A stretch of 64,000 nt of DNA. Source: Lama guanicoe. Taxonomy: Eukaryota. The notes under the pieces are model-generated. The model saw only the letters and a list, made by a program, of their open reading frames with translations, searched no databases and had not been told where the DNA came from. Below are positions 37,966-51,059 of this stretch, piece by piece. The stretch is taken from positions 7,723,367 through 7,787,366 of the forward strand of contig MU054220.1 of NCBI GenBank assembly GCA_013239625.1, written 5' to 3'. The translations under genes were made by a program, and so were the position numbers. The number at the start of each line of letters is the position of its first letter. The first letter of the stretch is position 1.

Positions 37966-40529
37966 TGTTACATTAGGTAAATTAATGCTAAAATTGTTGT
38001 AGCCACATAGAACTATACTTTTCCCACAGTTTAACACAACCAAGTCTATTTCTCATTCAGATAAAGAGATAAAGTGAGAGACTTCCTGATTCGATGACTC
38101 AGCAAGGATATGGCCTGACTGTCATCCCATCGCGTGGTTGTAAGTTTGCCATGACAGGAAGTGATGTATATCTTCTCATAGTTCTGTTTGCAAGAACTGA
38201 GTCACATGCTCAATCTAGCTGCAACAGTGCTGGAAAACTAGGGAAGCAACTGATATTCTGGGAGCACTAACGGAACACGGCAGAGAAAGGGAAAACAATG
38301 TAGACAAGAAATATGCCAGGAGGAAGTTCTAGAGTGAGAATAAGGGAGCTGGAAGGAAAGAACTTATGCTCAGAGAGGGTGCTGTTTTTGAAACTGAGCA
38401 TTTTTTGGTGAAGTACATATAACCATAGGGGTGGATTCCTAAGGTGGAAAATATCATTACTAAAGACGAAAAATTGAGAAGCCATCTATGTGAATGTAAA
38501 GTTTCCTTTTTTATCAAGAGCAATATGTATTCTCTAAATAATCATTCTCTGTATCTTTATTTCTATTTTACATTATTTTGATTGGCAATACCCTCTCTTT
38601 CCATCCTGATTCAGTTAAATTTCATTTTATATGTGTGTACACTATTTTTTCCCTAACCCCTATGTTAAATCTTTAGTTTTTTCTGTATCCTACTGACCAT
38701 CCTTCTTTTGCCCACCTCCACCCAGTTATTTCTGTGTCAGAGTCTCACACGAATCTGTTACTTTATGGAGAACAAATTGTGTTCCTTCCTTTCATCCTCT
38801 CTTTTCTTTCCACATCTTTTTAACCTACTGTCTATTATGAGCCAGTTGTATGCTGCAAGACAACAGCTCTGGACTGAGTGTAAGGAGGCCTCCCTTTTTA
38901 TAGGTCAAAACAACATGGACCAACGCACATGTCTGCTTCATACTGAGCAATTTTAACCTTTCTGGGTTTCAGATTATTTAGAAAATGAGGTGACTTGCAA
39001 TTTATTTTCCTCCTGTGTAAACCCAGCATTTATAATTTCTGAGACCCGTGGATGAGACACTGTGCATACATACCAAGAGTTATTAATAAAGTGTGAGTGT
39101 TCACAGTGATGTCACTGAGAAATGACAGGAGCAAAGGAGTCCATTATTTTTATTGTCTCCAGCAATTGGAATTTTTTTAATATGTATAATAGTACTCTTC
39201 TTTATACATTGTGTCCAGTATTTTGGTTTCTTTAGTTTTTCTGTATATTGCTCTAAAATAGAAGACAGTAAAACAATAAATTTTGTTTCAATGGAAGATA
39301 GAAACTTGTAAAAAAAATAAATAAATAAACCTTTTAGGAATGTATACTACACTTTTTTATGTGACGCCAAGGTTTCTGGCCAGTTTCTTTGCCTGACTCC
39401 TATTGAACTTCTTACCTCTATGTCAATTTTATATCCAGTCAGGGAAAACCAAAGGTCAGGTAAACCAAGAACTGTCATGCTTTGCTCACCAATAGTCAGA
39501 TATGACCGTTTTACTCCTAGAAATTTTCTCCCCACTCTGTTTGCCAACATGGACAGAAAAGGCTTGAATGCGCCCCAGGTCTGGTGGGATTGAGCACTGA
39601 AGTGGCTTCGTCTGCGCCTGCCTGGTTTTGCTTTGTCATTGTTCCCTCTACAAGATCCTGAACAGAGTTCTGGGTCCACAAACCTCTATTTGGGTCCTCT
39701 GCCTCCAGCATATCTCCTTAAGAAGCTCTTCCCCGCTCAGAAATCAGCTTCCTTTTCTCGTTTGCTACAAAAGCTACAGACAGCTTTTGACTAATTCAGT
39801 TCAGATAAAATTTTTGTTGCTGCTGTTGCTACTGTTGTTTATAATAGTCTTTTTTATATCATTTTATACATGTATGTGTAAAGGTATATGTATCAGTATA
39901 TATTATCATTATTAAAATGTATATATTATTATATATACTTATATGTCATTATATGTATTAAGAATATATAAATATATATACTCAATCCTTATTATTTTAC
40001 ACTATTTTATTTAATGTCCTTATTCTGAATCACTCTTTCTCCATAATCTTTGGTCTAATCATAATTAGCACAGGAAGAATTCCAGATAAGTTCTTGCTTA
40101 AAAACAAAAACTAGAAATAGTATTATTTTTCCCTCATTGGGTTCAGGTGACATGTCTCCTGAGAGAGCGACAATTTCTTTAGTTAAAGGGCTACCATGAA
40201 GAATGTAGAGTTAATCTACGTTCCTAGGAAGACAAGTGAATTATAAGTGAAGTGATTCCTTCAAGAACATATGGATTCTGTCCAGACTTGTAGCTCCAGA
40301 AAACTATTAGAATAATGAGGGCAGCACCTTGACTCAAAAGAATTATGGGGTGTGTAGGTTTTGAAAAGTTTTGAAGAATGATGTTCTTTGAAAAGTTCGG
40401 TCTCTGTATGTGAGAATATCTGAGTTGGTATGCTCTAAATGTTTTGCTCAAAGATAAGAAAATTTGTGTTTAGTGACAATCTAAGAGCAGGCTCCAGGAA
40501 CTATAAATGTAAACAGAAAAACCTATGTG

Positions 40530-42670
40530 AATAGCGTGTCAAATAAATTAATACTAATTTAGACACAGTAAATAAATCATATGGTGATGTAGGACACAAG
40601 TAGAACTGACCACGGGAACAGGTCAATGACTTTCAGAGAACTCTTCCAGTATTTTGAAATACGTATGTGATTAATTTGAGGCAATTCTTAGTCTTTTAGT
40701 TAATCTTAGTCTTTTAGTTAATCTGCTGGTAACACAGGTAATAAAGATAAACATTTCTATTATAACCCCCTTCAAAGTAAAGAACAAATAATTAAAATCC
40801 TCTGTGCCAGGCATTGTTATTCCATTTAATCTTCAGAGCAAAGCTACTGAGCAGTTATAATTAGTTGTAATTTATAGATGTAGAAATTAAGCTAAGGTAG
40901 GTGAATTAACTTGCCCAAGGTCGTACAGAAATGAATAAAATTTCATGCTAAAACTTGTTCTGTCCAAAATGCACACTGCTGCTACTATATAAGAATACAC
41001 TTGAATTTGGTAAATGTAATTATACGAGCTATTTGATGCTTTTTCAAATAACTAGCTTGGCAATCCTCACCATTCAAGTTTTATTTATTGGGAGAGACTG
41101 TGTTAATATTGCTGTTATATATTGTATTATTAAAGAAGTATCAAATGAAGTACTTTCATTTAGCAAATCACTTTTAAAAACGTAAATGTTATTTTAGTTC
41201 TAATTATAAGAGTTGCTCTCATTATGCTCATTGTAAAAAAAAAATTGAAAATCATGAGTAGAAAAAATTTCCAATAATTTTTACTTAGCAATAATTGACA
41301 CAAAGCTCTTAAAATCTGTATTTTCTAATTTTAATGCAGCAAAAAAGCTATAGTATACACACTGCATTTTCACTTAGTAATACATAATTTACTTGAGATA
41401 GTTTTCTGAAGTATTTTATTTTATATTATAAGTATGTAATTATAAATATGCAATATAAAGTAAAACATGAGTATAAGTAATAATTTAATGAGTAGAAAGA
41501 ATTAGAATAAAGTTCTTTGAGGGTTGGGGACTTTATTCATTTATCAATTGCTGTATGATCTGTGTCTGGTACTGACATATAATAGATGCTTGATAACCAT
41601 TTAAAAAATAATAAATGGATTTAGTCAATTAATCTTACTATACAGTCTAATACATTCTTTAGGATAAATACTTTAAAGTGGAATTGCTGATTCAAAGCAT
41701 CTGCACATTTATAATATTTATTTTATTCATATGGAGCTTTTGTTTCCCAGAACTATTGTATTAATTTTTGCTCAAACAAGTAAAATACAGGGTGCCTATT
41801 TTCTTTGGTACTCGCTCTATTAAGTGTTATTATTTCATTTTAACTGGGTAAATATACCTTTTGCAGAAGTAATCCATTATTTTCTCAACCTCAAGTGACT
41901 GCTCCCCTAACGGCAGCCCTGCCTACAAGATTTTCTCCTTCAGGGGGTCTCTGTTGTAAAGAATTCAGCCTAGCTCATCCAGAGGTTTGGGCTTTGCCCT
42001 TGGATTCCCAGAGAGAATCTCTAAGCCCCTGGAATGCCATGCTTGATAGCTATGTTTTTGTTTGCCTGGGGTCCTGGAGCCAGCCAGATAATAATGTGAT
42101 TTAAGGTAGGGACTTTGAGTCCTGTAATATCAGCTCAGTCTCCTAAGGAGCTGGAAACAGATCAGCCCCATGGGTTGTCAATTATGCCAGAAGGATGGAG
42201 CCACAATAAAAACTTTGGACACCAAGGGTCGGGTAAGCTTCCACAGTTGGCAATATTCCATGTATATTGTCTCATTATTGCCAAAAGGACTTGATGGTAT
42301 CCTTGACTCCATGAAGAGAGGACCACTGGAAGCTCCCCACATTTACAATCCTCCTGGACTATGCCCCATGCATTTCTTCTCATGGCTCATGTTAACGTGC
42401 TTCCTCTCCCTCTCATAAACCATAACTGTGAGTCGAACAGCTCTCAGTGAATACCAAGTCCTTTTAGTGAGTTATTGACTAAGAAGTTGTTTTGGGGAAA
42501 GCCCTGAACTTGCAACCAGTGTTAGAAGTGAGGGTGGTCTTGTGACCTGTTCCCTAACATTGCAGTTGGCTGCTTTTGATGTTGGTGTCCAAAGTGCAAT
42601 TCAATAGAAAAACTCACGGATACATGTGGTTTGGGAAGAAGAAGGGGAGGAGAGGGATCATGAACCTTTG
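40530..42670. repeat. Tandem duplication B, copy 1 (~2141 bp)
   Basis: Matches 42672-44804 from 'aatagcgtgtcaaataaatt' to 'agggatcatgaacctttg'. Identical ORFs occur at 40955/43090, 41895/44029 and 42170/44304. Confidence 0.98.
41955..42565 (+). mobile_element. ERVL LTR, MER21C-like (copy 1)
   Basis: 'tgtaaagaattcagcc...tctctaagcccctggaatg...caataaaaactttggacaccaagg...gaagtgagggtggtcttgtg'. Confidence 0.85.
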
Positions 42671-42671
42671 A

Positions 42672-44804
42672 AATAGCGTGTCAAATAAATTAATACTAAT
42701 TTAGACACAGTAAATAAATCATATGGTGATGTAGGACACAAGTAGAACTGACCATGGGAACAGGTCAATGACTTTCAAAGAACTCTTCCAGTATTTTGAA
42801 ATATGTATGTGATTAATTTGAGGCAATTCAGCAGATTAACTAAAAGACTAAGATTGCTAACACTGAACACAGGTAATAAAGATAAACATTTCTATTATAA
42901 CCCCCTTCAAAGTAAAGAACAAATAATTAAAATCCTCTGTGCCAGGCATTGTTATTCCATTTAATCTTCAGAGCAAAGCTACTGAGCAGTTATAATTAGT
43001 TGTAATTTATAGATGTAGAAATTAAGCTAAGGTAGGTGAATTAACTTGCCCAAGGTCGTACAGAAATGAATAAAATTTCATACTAAAACTTGTTCTGTCC
43101 AAAATGCACACTGCTGCTACTATATAAGAATACACTTGAATTTGGTAAATGTAATTATACGAGCTATTTGATGCTTTTTCAAATAACTAGCTTGGCAATC
43201 CTCACCATTCAAGTTTTATTTATTGGGAGAGACTGTGTTAATATTGCTGTTATATATTGTATTATTAAAGAAGTATCAAATGAAGTACTTTCATTTAGCA
43301 AATCACTTTTAAAAACGTAAATGTTATTTTAGTTCTAATTATAAGAGTTGCTCTCATTATGCTCATTGTAAAAAAAATTGAAAATCATGAGTAGAAAAAA
43401 ATTTCCAATAATTTTTACTTAGCAATAATTGACACAAAGCTCTTAAAATCTGTATTTTCTAATTTTAATGCAGCAAAAAAGCTATAGTATACACACTGCA
43501 TTTTCACTTAGTAATACATAATTTACTTGAGATAGTTTTCTGAAGTATTTTATTTTATATTATAAGTATGTAATTATAAATATGCAATATAAAGTAAAAC
43601 ATGAGTATAAGTAATAATTTAATGAGTAGAAAGAATTAGAATAAAGTTCTTTGAGGGTTGGGGACTTTATTCATTTATCAATTGCTGTATGATCTGTGTC
43701 TGGTACTGACATATAATAGATGCTTGATAACCATTTAAAAAATAATAAATGGATTTAGTCAATTAATCTTACTATACAGTCTAATACATTCTTTAGGATA
43801 AATACTTTAAAGTGGAATTGCTGATTCAAAGCATCTGCACATTTATAATATTTATTTTATTCATATGGAGCTTTTGTTTCCCAGAACTATTGTATTAATT
43901 TTTGCTCAAACAAGTATAATACAGGGTGCCTATTTTCTTTGGTACTCGCTCTATTAAGTGTTATTATTTCATTTTAACTGGGTAAATATACCTTTTGCAG
44001 AAGTAATCCATTATTTTCTCAACCTCAAGTGACTGCTCCCCTAACGGCAGCCCTGCCTACAAGATTTTCTCCTTCAGGGGGTCTCTGTTGTAAAGAATTC
44101 AGCCTAGCTCATCCAGAGGTTTGGGCTTTGCCCTTGGATTCCCAGAGAGAATCTCTAAGCCCCTGGAATGCCATGCTTGATAGCTATGTTTTTGTTTGCC
44201 TGGGGTCCTGGAGCCAGCCAGATAATAATGTGATTTAAGGTAGGGACTTTGAGTCCTGTAATATCAGCTCAGTCTCCTAAGGAGCTGGAAACAGATCAGC
44301 CCCATGGGTTGTCAATTATGCCAGAAGGATGGAGCCACAATAAAAACTTTGGACACCAAGGGTCGGGTAAGCTTCCACAGTTGGCAATATTCCATGTATA
44401 TTGTCTCATTATTGCCAAAAGGACTTGATGGTATCCTTGACTCCATGAAGAGAGGACCACTGGAAGCTCCCCACATTTACAATCCTCCTGGACTATGCCC
44501 CATGCATTTCTTCTCATGGCTCATGTTAACGTGCTTCCTCTCCCTCTCATAAACCATAACTGTGAGTCGAACAGCTCTCAGTGAATACCAAGTCCTTTTA
44601 GTGAGTTATTGACTAAGAAGTTGTTTTGGGGAAAGCCCTGAACTTGCAACCAGTGTTAGAAGTGAGGGTGGTCTTGTGACCTGTTCCCTAACATTGCAGT
44701 TGGCTGCTTTTGATGTTGGTGTCCAAAGTGCAATTCAATAGAAAAACTCACGGATACATGTGGTTTGGGAAGAAGAAGGGGAGGAGAGGGATCATGAACC
44801 TTTG
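42672..44804. repeat. Tandem duplication B, copy 2 (~2133 bp)
   Basis: Direct copy of 40530-42670 with about 5 substitutions, 2 homopolymer indels and one micro-rearrangement at 42829-42865. Confidence 0.98.
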
Positions 44805-45016
44805 GTTCCCAGACTCTGCTTTATGTGCTTCATCCTTTGGCTGATTTTAGTCTCTATCCTTTAGCTACAATAAATGATTAACCCATGAGTGTAACAACTG
44901 TCAGTGAGTCTGAATCTGTGTAATGAATTATCAAGCCAATGGTGGTCCTCCAGACCTACAACTTCAGAGTCAGAAGTGAGGACAGTCTTGTGGACTATGC
45001 AAATTTTAAACTTCAC
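44089..45016 (+). mobile_element. MER21C-like LTR (copy 2), ~100 bp putative internal sequence, then the 3' part of a second MER21-like LTR
   Basis: LTR at 44089-44699. 44806-45016 repeats LTR 3' motifs in diverged form ('ggctgattttagtctctatcctt', 'ccatgagtgtaacaactgtcagtgagt', 'gtcagaagtgaggacagtcttgtggact'). Confidence 0.8.
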
Positions 45017-45019
45017 TGG

Positions 45020-45346
45020 GTATCTGAGATTTCTTTCTCCCTTTTTCACTTATTGGTCCTGGGGTTACATTATTAATCGTTAGAATTCTTCTATGCTCAG
45101 CTCACAGTTCTGTAAAGCAGTGTTTCTATGGCAGCCTCAAATTATCCTAAGTTGTGGATACATTTCTTTTCTGCTGGGACCCAAACAACTGCAGCATCTT
45201 TCAGTCTTTTTTAATTTAGTACCTATAATTAAGAATTAATTTCAGTGTATGTGAAATAGATATATTAATTATTATTTTATATAAAGTTGTGTCATTTTCT
45301 GCCTCTAGTTTTACCTTGTACTGCAATATACCTTTTGTTTATATTC

Positions 45347-45377
<31 letters not shown>

Positions 45378-46470
45378 TGGGAGTATGGGTGTGTGTATAT
45401 CCTTCAATATCCACTTAACTGAATGTTCTGGAGAAGCTTCTATCCTTTTCCCGGGCTTTTAGTACTTTATTTATTGCAATATTATAATATTTTTTAATCT
45501 TTTACAATGCAGGGCTTTCTTCATTAATACTAATTTGAAAATATCTTGCAAATTTATGAGAATTTATTTACCTTGATGACTTTTAATATGTATATGTATA
45601 TAAATATGTATATATAAACACATATACTTATATATACATATTCAAATATATTTAAAATTAAAAGCAATTGGGATTTGGAGAAAACTGACAGTTTATACTA
45701 TGTAAAGTTTCTAACTAGAACAGGTATAAATTACAATTTTCTTCCAATTTGCTTATCTTTTAATGATGCTCAGCATAAGGCTTCATAGAAGTTTTAAGTA
45801 TCTGTTATTAAATTAATTTCTAGACATATTTTGACAGATATTTTAGGGATGTTTATTCTTCTGAATATTTTTGCATATGTTTAGCCAAAATCTGATTAGA
45901 TTTCCGTATTGTAGTTACTTGCAATTTGTTCTTTGAGATTTAAATTCTATTCACATTTAAAAAAATGTATGTCTTCCTTTTAAACAGAACTATGTTTTTC
46001 TATTTGAATTTTACTGTCATAGCTCTCAGAACACTATTAAGTAATGGTAGCTGGCACCCTTGTCTTCTCCTGGTTTTAAAAGGAATGCCTAGGGTTTCAA
46101 CATTGTCATGTTTATCATTGATTTAAAATAGATATTTTAAATTGTTAAAGAACAACCTGAAAGATTCTACAAAGTAACACTGGGTTTTATGAACTTATGA
46201 ACACTTCTTTTAGTATTTGCTGAGACAAGGTTGTGAATTTCCTCCTTTGATTTATTTGTGGGACACATTATGTTCAAGATGGTACTAACATTAAAGAAAA
46301 CTTGATGCTTATTGAGTGCTTAATATGAGCTAGACATTGGGTTAAGTGATAATTTACTAATATTAAATCATTTTGGCATTTCGAGAACAATGTTAATTGC
46401 ATTCTATTTAATAGCAGACTGTGTTTGTTGTACACTTATTTAATTTAGAATTATTCTCATTTCTTCACAG
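45020..46470 (-). mobile_element. Highly decayed old L1 ORF2 region
   Basis: 'agaacactattaagtaatggtagctggcacccttgtcttctcctggttttaaaaggaatgc' is a typical antisense L1 ORF2 motif. It probably continues the L1 relic upstream of the MER21 insertion. Confidence 0.65.
45346..45377. repeat. (CA)n microsatellite with one interruption
   Basis: cacacacacacacacacacaaacacacacaca. Confidence 0.95.
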
Positions 46471-47959
46471 AGGAGGAAGTTAAATACTGAATTTTCTTCT
46501 CAAAAGAACTGAAAAACTAGCAGAATATATTGTTACATATTGACCATAAAATAGTTTTTTACATGTCCATATCCTTAATATCCTGTCTTTCCCACTGACT
46601 GCCTTCATTTGTCACCTACTGATTTGTACTGCACTTCTCTACATTACATTTAACTGAAGAAATGGATTTTACACCAGAGTCCAGTGTAGCAGGCATGTTT
46701 GGGCGATGTTAGCATGGAGATTAGGGAACCTTTTAGGAGAATTCCTAAGAAAAAGTGAGATGCACCAGTTTAATTTAACCATCTGCCTCTCAGTTTTTCC
46801 TACACACCAACCCCAATTTTTTATATTTAAAAGCTTAAAAAAAAAAACCTACACAAAAAGCTGTTGGTTGTTTGTTTCATTTTTTTTAATCTCCATGAAT
46901 GTTTCTGACTTTAATATGTGACCACCATGGGTTCATCACAATGGTGTCCATGGCATCAGAGATGCTCCTGGTAGCAGCGGTGGTGGCACATTAGAAGAGG
47001 GAGTGGCAGCTCTGGGGACAGTGCCAGCACTGATACCAGCAGGGGCAGTGCATCCTCAGTGCAGGCACGCGCCCTCTACACAGGGGTCACTGTACTTCAT
47101 CTCAGACACTGATTGGCAGTGTGAGTGTCTCTTTTGGGCACTGGTAGTAGCTCTGGCATATTTCACTCTAGTGGACAATGAAGAACTCATGAGCATAACT
47201 CATCTAAACAAATAAAGAACTGGCGATAATCAAAATAATGACTTTTCATGGACTCCTCAGAAAGCCCTTAAAGTCTCCCTGAGATATTTGAGAGTGTAGG
47301 AAAGAGATACAGTCACACAGATGCTCTTGTGTGGCTGCAATGATTCATTTATTATCTCTGTGTTCAGAGAAAAGCAGGTTCTGGTTGAAACTTTTGAACT
47401 GTTCGGTTGTTCCCTACGTTACTGACCAAAGACCTAAAAGGGATATATTGAAGTGAAAGGGCTTTGGACTATACAATTGTGAACATTTGAAATTGCCTTT
47501 AAAACAGGATAAATACGACTTACATGCACACATGTATGTGACACACACACAGGTTAGAATTTAGAGTATCTGTATGTATTTAGAATTGAAGAGAAATGAT
47601 GGTACAAAATATCCTGTTTGATGTCCACTAAAAAGCTGAAGTTTCTTTCTTTTTAAGGATATTTAGAAGAAACTATTCACAGAGAGGAAAAAAATTTAAA
47701 GACGATTGAATGTAATGAATACAGGGCTCCCTTACGCATTTTTGCATAATCCCAGTTACTGAGAAGGAACATAAATAACACAGTCAACTTTAAGTTTTCT
47801 ATCTGATTTTTAAACAGTAAAAATTCTTCTCAATGCCTCATTTGGCTAATATGTAGGAGCTGAACCTCTAAAATTATCTGATATAGTGCTTTGAAAAGGT
47901 CTAACAATGAGCTGGAGTAAGGTAAAAATGGCAATTCCTGAATAAAACAGGTTGATGAC

Positions 47960-48048
47960 CGATATAGGAAGATAGACGGATGATATTAGATGACAGATTG
48001 ATAGATGACAGATGATGATAGATAGATAGAGAGATAGACAGACAGACA
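47960..48048. repeat. Degenerate (GATA)n/(GACA)n repeat
   Basis: 'gatagatagatagagagatagacagacagaca'. Confidence 0.85.
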
Positions 48049-48279
48049 AAGGTGATAAACAAAGCCATATAGTGTTTGATTCCCATTTCTTTAAATACAA
48101 CATAAGAATCTCAAATACTAGAAATGACAAACTTAGCCAAGTAGCAACTATATGACTATTTCTAAATACAAAGTATAGAAGCAAAAGCTGAGTGTTGTGC
48201 AAAAGCTCAGGACGTGCACTTTGAAACCTTAAGACATCATTCCACTTCTGCTAATAACTGTTAAAAAGGGATCTTGGCT

Positions 48280-48460
48280 TTGGTATTACAGCGTGTGGGG
48301 GAGAATCTTGGGCAAATTAACCTCCTAAAGCTCAGTTTCTTAATCTGATGAATGGGGAGGATAAACTCAGGACTTTTGTGAGAATTAATTCAGATCATGT
48401 GAGGAAAGCCCTTCGACAAGACAAAGGCATGTAACATAATAAACGCTCAACAAAGTGTAA
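48280..48460 (+). mobile_element. MIR SINE remnant
   Basis: 'tcttgggcaaattaacctcctaaagctcagtttcttaatctgatgaatgggga...ttgtgagaattaa'. Confidence 0.75.
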
Positions 48461-48634
48461 CTAATGAAATAAACCAAAAAATGAAATTAGGCGCCCTGCC
48501 TGTCAACTCCTCTTGCTATAACTTTAGTTCCATAAAATCAAGAGATCAAACTACAGCTCATGGAATACTAATTGCAGTTGCTTAATTAAAGTACTGTTTT
48601 TCAATTAATTAATTTTTTGTTAAAAGGTTACTGA

Positions 48635-48635
<1 letters not shown>

Positions 48636-48669
<34 letters not shown>
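48636..48669. repeat. Perfect (TG)17 microsatellite
   Basis: 34-bp uninterrupted TG run followed by CGC. Confidence 0.97.
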
Positions 48670-48672
<3 letters not shown>

Positions 48673-50610
48673 CTGAGTATGTGTCTTTGAAGTAAGCAGA
48701 GGAGGGTGGGAAAGGGAGCCTGGCTTCCGGGAAGAAACCCGTAGGACATGAGCTGAAATATTACTTGCTCTATGAAATCAGACATTCTACTCCTTGTAAC
48801 TGTGATAGGGCTTGTTTTCAGTCTGTTGTTGCAAGTTAAATTTGTAAGTGAATGTTGGGCCAGAAAAAAAAGAAACAAAACAAAACAAAAAAAACAGAAT
48901 GTATTAACGTGTCTGTGGCATAAACATTTTATTATTTTGCTTTTTTTTTTTTTTACACAAAAGTACTAAGATGATGGTTCATAGAATCTTTGAGTTGGAA
49001 GGAAACTTAGCAACCATTTTCAACCCAACTGCCTATCCCCTAGTTTTCTATTTAAAATATCTTTGGGACTATCCCTCACCCTCTAATGGCCAGGTATTAA
49101 TAAGTGATGAATGCACTACATACTGGTAGGCTTAAGTAGACTACGTAAGAAAGCACAGCATTGTCTATAAGCAAAACAGAGGAAGAAGATTTTCAAAAGA
49201 GGGCTTTATTGCCGGAATGAGGATTGTTAAAATCCACAGCTCAAGAAATGTACAGTTTTGTTCTTTTTTTTTTAATACTTAGCAGCTTTATCTTGGGATT
49301 TCTGAAAAATGATACATATTAAACATAAGCTGGGATTTTCAGTATCCAATTAACTTTGAATACAAGTTGGCCCATTAAAAAACAGAGCCTTTTTAGCCTA
49401 GCTTTAAATATATCCTATTTTATAGTATGGAATTAAAGAATTCTGATTGTTTCTTGGTCAAAGATGACCCTCACTTGACAGTGTTAATTATCTGTACATG
49501 AATGTGGCTGTTAAGTCTGAATCATCTCAAACTTTTCAACTGATTTTGCATAGAATTTTCTGTTAGCTTTCTGTTATAGGCACATATATTGAGAGAAACT
49601 GAAAAAAAAAATACAAAGAAATACATTGTTTTTTCCATGACCTGTCTAGTGCTCAAGGATAAAAGAACCATCCATTTCAGTTACGTTCAGTTCAATTCAA
49701 TTCAGTTTGATTAGATTTGATTCTAGTCAAACTGACTTGGTTTGTTCAATAAATATTTCTATGAAGGTATAGAAAAGGAGGGAAAATAATCTCTTGGCTT
49801 TCAAGAGTTATCGTTAGTACCACTAGGACTTGAAGTTTACTTGCCGTCTGACACGATTTGGGAAGACTGCTTAGAATTGGTGGTGTTTAAACTTTGTTTT
49901 GAAGAAAGAGTAGCGCCGACAAAGGCAAGTCTATGGGAGACAAATCATGGCTGGCAAATCGGTTAAAATAAAGCTCTGATTCTGGAAGAGTTGGGAAGTT
50001 CGGAGATGGAACTGAGACCTGCAGATATGGGAACGAGGAGCAGGCCTGAGGAAAGAAGATTCGTAGGACCTCAGTTTTGGTGGGTCAAGTTCCAGGTAGG
50101 TAGTTACACTTGGTTCTGGAGACTGCCATGAGGAGAAGAGGGATGTGAAATGGCTGAACTGAAAGAAAACAATGCTAGAGACAGAGGAACGAAGACGCGG
50201 AAGTGTCTACAGGACAGTAAATGAGCCTGAAAGCCTTGGCACTGGTCCAGGCTACAAGACGAAAGGCCTGGAATTGAGCCCTAGCTGCCTTGTGCACACT
50301 GGACCTCTGGACTGTCTTTGCTTCCAAACATCCATTCACGCGGCATCTCCAACCTGCCAAACCTACAGCCAACAGTTTTTCAAATGCCAGTATTTCCCAC
50401 CTCCTCCATACTGACTCATGTCATTGCTACCTTGTTTGGCCCTTAGTTGCATCTTAGGTGTTCAATAAATATGTTTGATTAGATAATATAAATTACTCCT
50501 TCTCAAAATGTTTCAGCATCCACAGCTGGTGCCACACAATTTCCAATGAACTTTTGTTGTTTCATGTGTGCTGGCTTTACACCTCAGAAAGCTATCCAGG
50601 TTTAAGGTGG

Positions 50611-51059
50611 TGTTTTGGACTGAACTGTGACCCCCAAATGTCATATATTGAAGACATAACCCCCATTGTGATGGCATTTGGAGATGGGGGTCTTTGGAAG
50701 GTAATAAGGTTTGTATGAGTTCATGAGGTCATGGGGTCCTTATGATGGGATTAGTGCCTATATAAGAAAAGACTAGGCGGCTAGCTGGGCGCTCTCTCTC
50801 TCTCCCTCTCCACCTCATTCTTTCTCTCTTCCTCTCTCTCCCCTGCCTTCTCTCTCAGCCAAATGAATATACAGCAAGCAGGCAGCCTTCTGTCTCTCTG
50901 CCATGTGAAGTGTAGCAAGAAACCAGAAGAGGGCTTTCACTGGGACACCATGCTGGCACCTGATCTTGGACTTCTAAGGCTCCAGAACTGTGGGAAATGA
51001 ACTGCAGCTTTAAGCCACGCGTTGTATGGTATTTTGTTACAGCAGGCTGAGCTCAGACA
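50611..51059 (+). mobile_element. MaLR LTR (MLT1A-like) with an internal CT-rich expansion
   Basis: 'tggactgaactgtgacccccaaatgtcatatattgaag...atgggattagtgcctatataaga...gctccagaactgtgggaaat...tttaagccac..tatggtattttgttacagcag'. Confidence 0.9.
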
